Virus record (IMG/VR): IMGVR_UViG_3300044637_001305
Length of the DNA stretch: 20,000 nucleotides
Strand: one strand, 5' to 3'
Origin: an uncultured virus (IMG/VR IMGVR_UViG_3300044637_001305)
Lineage: Duplodnaviria > Heunggongvirae > Uroviricota > Caudoviricetes
A program made the translations under genes and the position numbers. The first letter of the stretch is position 1, and each line of letters begins with the position of its first letter. A model generated the notes under the pieces. It saw nothing but the letters and a program-made list of their open reading frames with translations. It was not told where the DNA came from and searched no databases. Positions 16,925 through 20,000 of the stretch are shown here, piece after piece.

Positions 16925-17191
16925 ATGGAAACACAAGAATACCCAAACAGAGAATTTATGATATTCAACGTATCAGAATTAAACACAATAGACTTTACAC
17001 AAGTCTTAGAAACATCAATTGATACGGTTAGAAGATCTGTTGACGGAACAAAGACATTTGTAAAATGGGATGGAAATACAACACCATCAAGTGTTGATAA
17101 TTTAACAACAAAGGAAGGTCCTTATACATATGATGAAATATTAACAATATTGGGTGGTCCTGAATGGACTTCAAATGATGAATTAATATGA
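16925..17191 (+). CDS. Small acidic hypothetical protein in the fibre cluster (possible fibre assembly chaperone)
   Basis: 88 aa, IDFTQVLETS.DTVRRSVDGTKTFVKW..GPYTYDEIL..L..PEW. TATTTATA at 16914; ATGA overlap with the next gene. Chaperone role inferred from position only. Confidence 0.7.
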   Translation: METQEYPNREFMIFNVSELNTIDFTQVLETSIDTVRRSVDGTKTFVKWDGNTTPSSVDNLTTKEGPYTYDEILTILGGPEWTSNDELI

Positions 17192-17841
17192 GTACGGTAC
17201 AAGGTGGACCAAGAAATATTGTAACTAATGGGTTAGTGTTGTATTTAGATGCCGCTAATCCTCGTTCATATATTAGTGGTTCTACCGTATGGAATGATTT
17301 AGCAGGAACAAATAACGGGACATTAATAAATGGGCCTACATTTAATTCTTCAAATGGTGGAAGTATTGTATTTGATGGTGTAGATGATTTTGTAAGTGGA
17401 TCTTGTACTACTGTCAATGCGAATGTTGGGATGACAACTTTTATTTGGGTTAGGACTACAATAACGTCCCCTCAAGTTTTTTTTAGTTGTACTTCCGGTG
17501 TAAATAATGGTTTTAGGTTAGAAATTGACGGGGGTCAATTTTTACTTACCTTTGGTGGTGTTGCTAATTACTCATCAGGAAATAGTGTTTCTGATGGGAA
17601 TTGGAAGCAGTTAGTAGTTACAACAGTCGGAACAACAGGAAGAATTTATATAAACGGAAATTTAGTCGCCTCACCAACAGTGGGAACAATGCAGGGAACA
17701 CCGAATCAATTTGTAATAAGTGGTTCAACAATAAGATTTTTAAATGGTAATGTTGCATCCGTTATTTTATACAACCGAGCACTCTCCGCATCAGAAGTCC
17801 TACAAAACTATAATGCAACTAAATCACGTTTTGGTCTTTAA
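17188..17841 (+). CDS. LamG/concanavalin A-like lectin domain protein, paralog 3
   Basis: VTNGLVLYLDAAN...NGPTFNSSNGGSIVFDGVDD...IYINGNL...LYNRALSASEVLQNY. Confidence 0.8.
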   Translation: MSTVQGGPRNIVTNGLVLYLDAANPRSYISGSTVWNDLAGTNNGTLINGPTFNSSNGGSIVFDGVDDFVSGSCTTVNANVGMTTFIWVRTTITSPQVFFSCTSGVNNGFRLEIDGGQFLLTFGGVANYSSGNSVSDGNWKQLVVTTVGTTGRIYINGNLVASPTVGTMQGTPNQFVISGSTIRFLNGNVASVILYNRALSASEVLQNYNATKSRFGL

Positions 17842-17855
17842 TATATTTATATGAT

Positions 17856-18350
17856 ATGGCAAATGAGTTAAACATAAAAAACGGAATAATTACAACAATA
17901 ATAAGTGCAAACACTTTAAGTTTAAGTGGATCACAGTTAGATACCTCTTGGACATCTTATGTTCCGGTTTGGACTGCTGCGTCTGTTAATCCTGTAATTA
18001 ATAATGGGACAATAGAAGGATACTATAAACTAATCGGTAAAACTTGTTTTGTAAGAGGTAATATTGCGATGGGTAGTACGACAACATTTGGTACTGGTGA
18101 GTGGTACGTGTCAATGCCGTTTACTGCTGCTAATGCGGATGCAATATTAATGACTGCGACTTTATTGGATAATGGATCTGCTTGGTATAATGCAACTATG
18201 GTAGGGGGTAGAGCTGGATTCAATAATAAAGCACCCTTACAATATGTAAATTTTACAAATGGAACTGCAAGTGATGTAAACGCAACTCAACCATTTACTT
18301 GGGCAAGTACTGATAGATTTATTTGGAACGGTTCATACGAAATTGCTTAA
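17856..18350 (+). CDS. Short tail-fibre tip / receptor-binding head-domain-like protein
   Basis: WTSYVPVWT...NGTIEGYYKLIGKTCFVRGNIAMGSTTTFGTGEWYVSMP...GSYEIA resembles fibre C-terminal beta-sandwich heads. TISANTL motif shared with the long fibre. TATTTATA at 17844. Confidence 0.6.
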   Translation: MANELNIKNGIITTIISANTLSLSGSQLDTSWTSYVPVWTAASVNPVINNGTIEGYYKLIGKTCFVRGNIAMGSTTTFGTGEWYVSMPFTAANADAILMTATLLDNGSAWYNATMVGGRAGFNNKAPLQYVNFTNGTASDVNATQPFTWASTDRFIWNGSYEIA

Positions 18351-18824
18351 TTCAAAATATATCCGTTCTTTAGTACCAACCATCTGTTTATACCACAACC
18401 CTTTATCATCCATCCAAACATAAGGATCATCAGGATTATCGGCCCAACCGTGTTTAGAATAATAGTCAAAATCCTTTCTTAATAAATTAGCCCTATGAGA
18501 AGAGTGGAATTCCTCACAACCCAACCAATGAGGTAAAATAAACTCACCTTCAATTACTTCATACTCCATAGTATTTTTAAAACCACGAGATTTCCAAACG
18601 TCAATTGAGTCGTTGTAATATTGTTTAAGGACATTTACATAATCACGCCACATAACAGAACACGGATGTGATGTCCAACCTTTATAGGGTTGTCCATTCT
18701 TTTTTGGTCTGCCCGTTATTGCAGATATAATTTGGTAAGCCTCAACACGTTGTTTACCTAAACGTTTATTGTCTAAGGATTCTAATGATTTTCTAAAATC
18801 TGAATATGGAAGGAATGTTTGCAT
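18333..18824 (-). CDS. Pyrimidine dimer DNA glycosylase / endonuclease V superfamily protein (MSMEG_6728-like)
   Basis: MQTFLPY..F..S...LD.KRLGKQRVEA.QI...GW..HP...MW...P.WLG...FH.SHR.NLLRKD..YY signature. Likely start is the ATG at 18824 rather than 18842. Overlaps the convergent gene by 18 nt. Confidence 0.85.
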   Translation of the reverse strand: MQTFLPYSDFRKSLESLDNKRLGKQRVEAYQIISAITGRPKKNGQPYKGWTSHPCSVMWRDYVNVLKQYYNDSIDVWKSRGFKNTMEYEVIEGEFILPHWLGCEEFHSSHRANLLRKDFDYYSKHGWADNPDDPYVWMDDKGLWYKQMVGTKERIYFELSNFV

Positions 18825-18828
18825 ACCA

Positions 18829-18836
18829 CAAAGATA
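18829..18836 (-). promoter_or_regulatory. Bacteroidota-type housekeeping -7 promoter element (TAnnTTTG)
   Basis: Minus strand reads TATCTTTG-TGGT-ATG. The -33 element appears degenerate (ATCGG where TTTG is expected). Confidence 0.7.
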
Positions 18837-18917
18837 CAACAATTTTTGATATAACCGATTGACTTAAATGATTTTTTATGATATATATTATATAAATAAA
18901 CGTTTAATTTTTATAAA

Positions 18918-19088
18918 ATGAAAAAGTTAGTATTAGTGTGTCTTACGGTTTTGACCACAATTTCTCTATTGACTTCTTGTGGTGAAAAAACGGCAACTCA
19001 AAATGCTACACCTAACGCAACAACTGAAGCAGTTGCTGATTCAACAGTTAACGCGACAGACGTGGTTGCTGACACAACAAAAAAGTAA
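18918..19088 (+). CDS. Small lipoprotein (56 aa), absent from the ORF track
   Basis: MKKLVLVCLTVLTTISLLTSC|GEKTATQNATPNATTEAVADSTVNATDVVADTTKK: basic N-terminus, hydrophobic core, lipobox LTSC (Cys21). A-rich leader and downstream terminator. Confidence 0.85.
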   Translation: MKKLVLVCLTVLTTISLLTSCGEKTATQNATPNATTEAVADSTVNATDVVADTTKK

Positions 19089-19111
19089 TTTTCTATTTCT
19101 CTAGAAAGTTG

Positions 19112-19143
19112 ACCTCACTCTTAATAAGATGTGAGGTTTTTTT
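19112..19143 (+). terminator. Rho-independent terminator for the lipoprotein gene
   Basis: ACCTCAC-TCTT-AAT-AAGA-T-GTGAGGT followed by a T run. Confidence 0.8.
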
Positions 19144-19149
19144 GTGCAT

Positions 19150-19175
19150 AAAAAAACCCACCTGTGGAGGTGGGT
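19150..19175 (-). terminator. Rho-independent terminator on the minus strand (probably for the tmRNA transcript)
   Basis: Minus strand reads ACCCACCT-CCAC-AGGTGGGT followed by TTTTTT. Confidence 0.75.
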
Positions 19176-19219
19176 GAAATTTTACTCATTTCCTAAATAT
19201 TTATATATAAAATATAAAT

Positions 19220-19621
19220 ATGAACTGGGAATATATTAGTGGGTTTTTTGATGCGGATGGTCATATAACCTTAAGCGGTCTTAAAAATAAAGAAAAAACA
19301 ACACATGTCGGTTTTACTAACATAGATTTAGTTTTACTTGAGTCTGTACGTAATTTTATATTATCTGAAATTAATGTCAAAGGTGTTATTTCTAAACGGA
19401 CATCAAAAAAAGAAAATCACTCGGATTGTTATAATTTAGTTTACCGATACGACGCCGCGTTAAAAGTTTCTGAAAAATTAAATTCAAGACATTATAAAAA
19501 GAAAGAAAAAATAAAATTGGTGTTGAGTACTTATAAATCTGTGACGCCAAGAAATGGTAAATATACTGAAGAATTAAAAGAAAAAAGGGAGAAATTTGTG
19601 AATGATTTTTTCTCCCTTTAA
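19220..19621 (+). CDS. Free-standing single-motif LAGLIDADG homing endonuclease
   Basis: N-terminal YISGFFDADGHI motif, then VGFTN.D..LLE....I...GVI. 133 aa. TATTTATA at 19198. Confidence 0.85.
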   Translation: MNWEYISGFFDADGHITLSGLKNKEKTTHVGFTNIDLVLLESVRNFILSEINVKGVISKRTSKKENHSDCYNLVYRYDAALKVSEKLNSRHYKKKEKIKLVLSTYKSVTPRNGKYTEELKEKREKFVNDFFSL

Positions 19622-19622
19622 T

Positions 19623-20000
19623 TGGTGGACCTAGAGGGCTCCGACTCCCTCGTCCGGCTCATCTTGTTTAAAAGACGACTACATGTTTAGGTTGGCATTT
19701 TCTAATACCCCAAAATATTTGATTTTTGTCTTGACCAAAAACAAGGTTAATTTGTTCTTCACTATCGTAAATTAACAACCAATAGACCATTCAATTTCGG
19801 GTTTAATGGTAATCCACCTTAGTCACTTCTGTTCCTGAGCGTATGTGAACCGGCTCGCGTATCCGTAAACTTATTAAGCTACAGTTACTTCTTGAGTTGA
19901 GATTAGACCCAAAGTCTCAAGGTTGTTTAGCACATTGCCATTTGTAGTGTGAATCAGTTTTTAACGAGATTAATTCAGTCCCGACATGCTTCTTTTATTC
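19623..20000 (-). ncRNA. ssrA: tmRNA (5' end lies just beyond the window)
   Basis: Minus-strand 3' end GGAC-GAGGG-AGTCGGAG-CCCTC-TAGGTCC-A-CCA (U at position 70, A discriminator). Helix 2 halves AAAAGA-A-GCATGT and ACATGT..TCTTTT. pk1: CGGGA/TCTCG with TGAATTA/TGATTCA. Tag frame follows pk1 and ends GCT TAA TAA. Confidence 0.9.
19874..19939 (-). other. tmRNA tag reading frame: (A)GNVLNNLETLGLISTQEVTVA*
   Basis: Resume codon GGC after ACAAAT, downstream of pk1; 21 codons then TAA TAA. Resume codon assigned by position. Confidence 0.75.

Noticed and set aside
16864..17823. Near-identical 44-bp 3' repeats as a DGR template/variable repeat pair
   Set aside because: Both copies are coding, only two synonymous differences (one is C/T, not adenine-specific), and no reverse transcriptase is in the window.
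387..18223. Minus-strand and alternate-frame ORFs in the track (e.g. 387-782, 1348-1572, 4697-5269, 7195-7461, 13992-14561, 16807-17022, 17028-17417, 18023-18223)
   Set aside because: They lie within or across longer, coherent + strand genes and show no recognisable motifs; typical shadow ORFs.
19163..19174. Minus-strand CCCACCTCCACA as a duplicated tmRNA 3' end (att site) flanking the endonuclease
   Set aside because: Matches the resident 3' end (TAGGTCCACCA) only over TCCAC, is fully explained as terminator stem and loop, and no integrase is present.
19176..19622. Group I intron or intein hosting the LAGLIDADG ORF
   Set aside because: No interrupted host gene, no room for a ribozyme core, no intein splice residues; the ORF is antisense to and outside the mature tmRNA.
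1..20000. Stop-codon reassignment (no gene here ends in TAG)
   Set aside because: Code 11 already gives long intact ORFs at high density with no in-frame TAG/TGA interruptions; TAA preference is expected at this AT content.
1..20000. CRISPR array or tRNA genes
   Set aside because: No regularly spaced repeats with unique spacers seen; the only tRNA-like arm belongs to the tmRNA.

Overview
AT-rich, gene-dense segment most consistent with the late (virion) region of a large or jumbo tailed phage infecting a Bacteroidota host. Host evidence: a TAnnTTTG -7 promoter, leaders without Shine-Dalgarno sequences, a Gly-resume tmRNA tag and a lipoprotein with D-S/T-T motifs. Layout: five large + strand hypothetical proteins, probably capsid-internal or ejected (<1-10464); an intergenic element plus terminator (10465-10564); a tail-fibre/receptor-binding module (BppU-like protein, 1528-aa repeat-built fibre, three LamG-like paralogs, two small fibre-associated genes; 10584-18350); a convergent pyrimidine-dimer glycosylase-family gene; a 56-aa lipoprotein missing from the ORF track; back-to-back terminators; and a free-standing LAGLIDADG endonuclease abutting the 3' CCA of a minus-strand tmRNA that runs off the window. 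A TATTTAT motif precedes most + strand genes. Most unusual: (i) an orphan 13-14 nt near-perfect complement of the Bacteroidota 16S rRNA 3' tail, followed by ATC-TAA and coupled to a terminator; (ii) a tmRNA with a non-canonical T-loop and a long 21-aa tag; (iii) a homing endonuclease wedged between that tmRNA and its apparent terminator. All family calls come from motif recognition by eye; no database searches were run.
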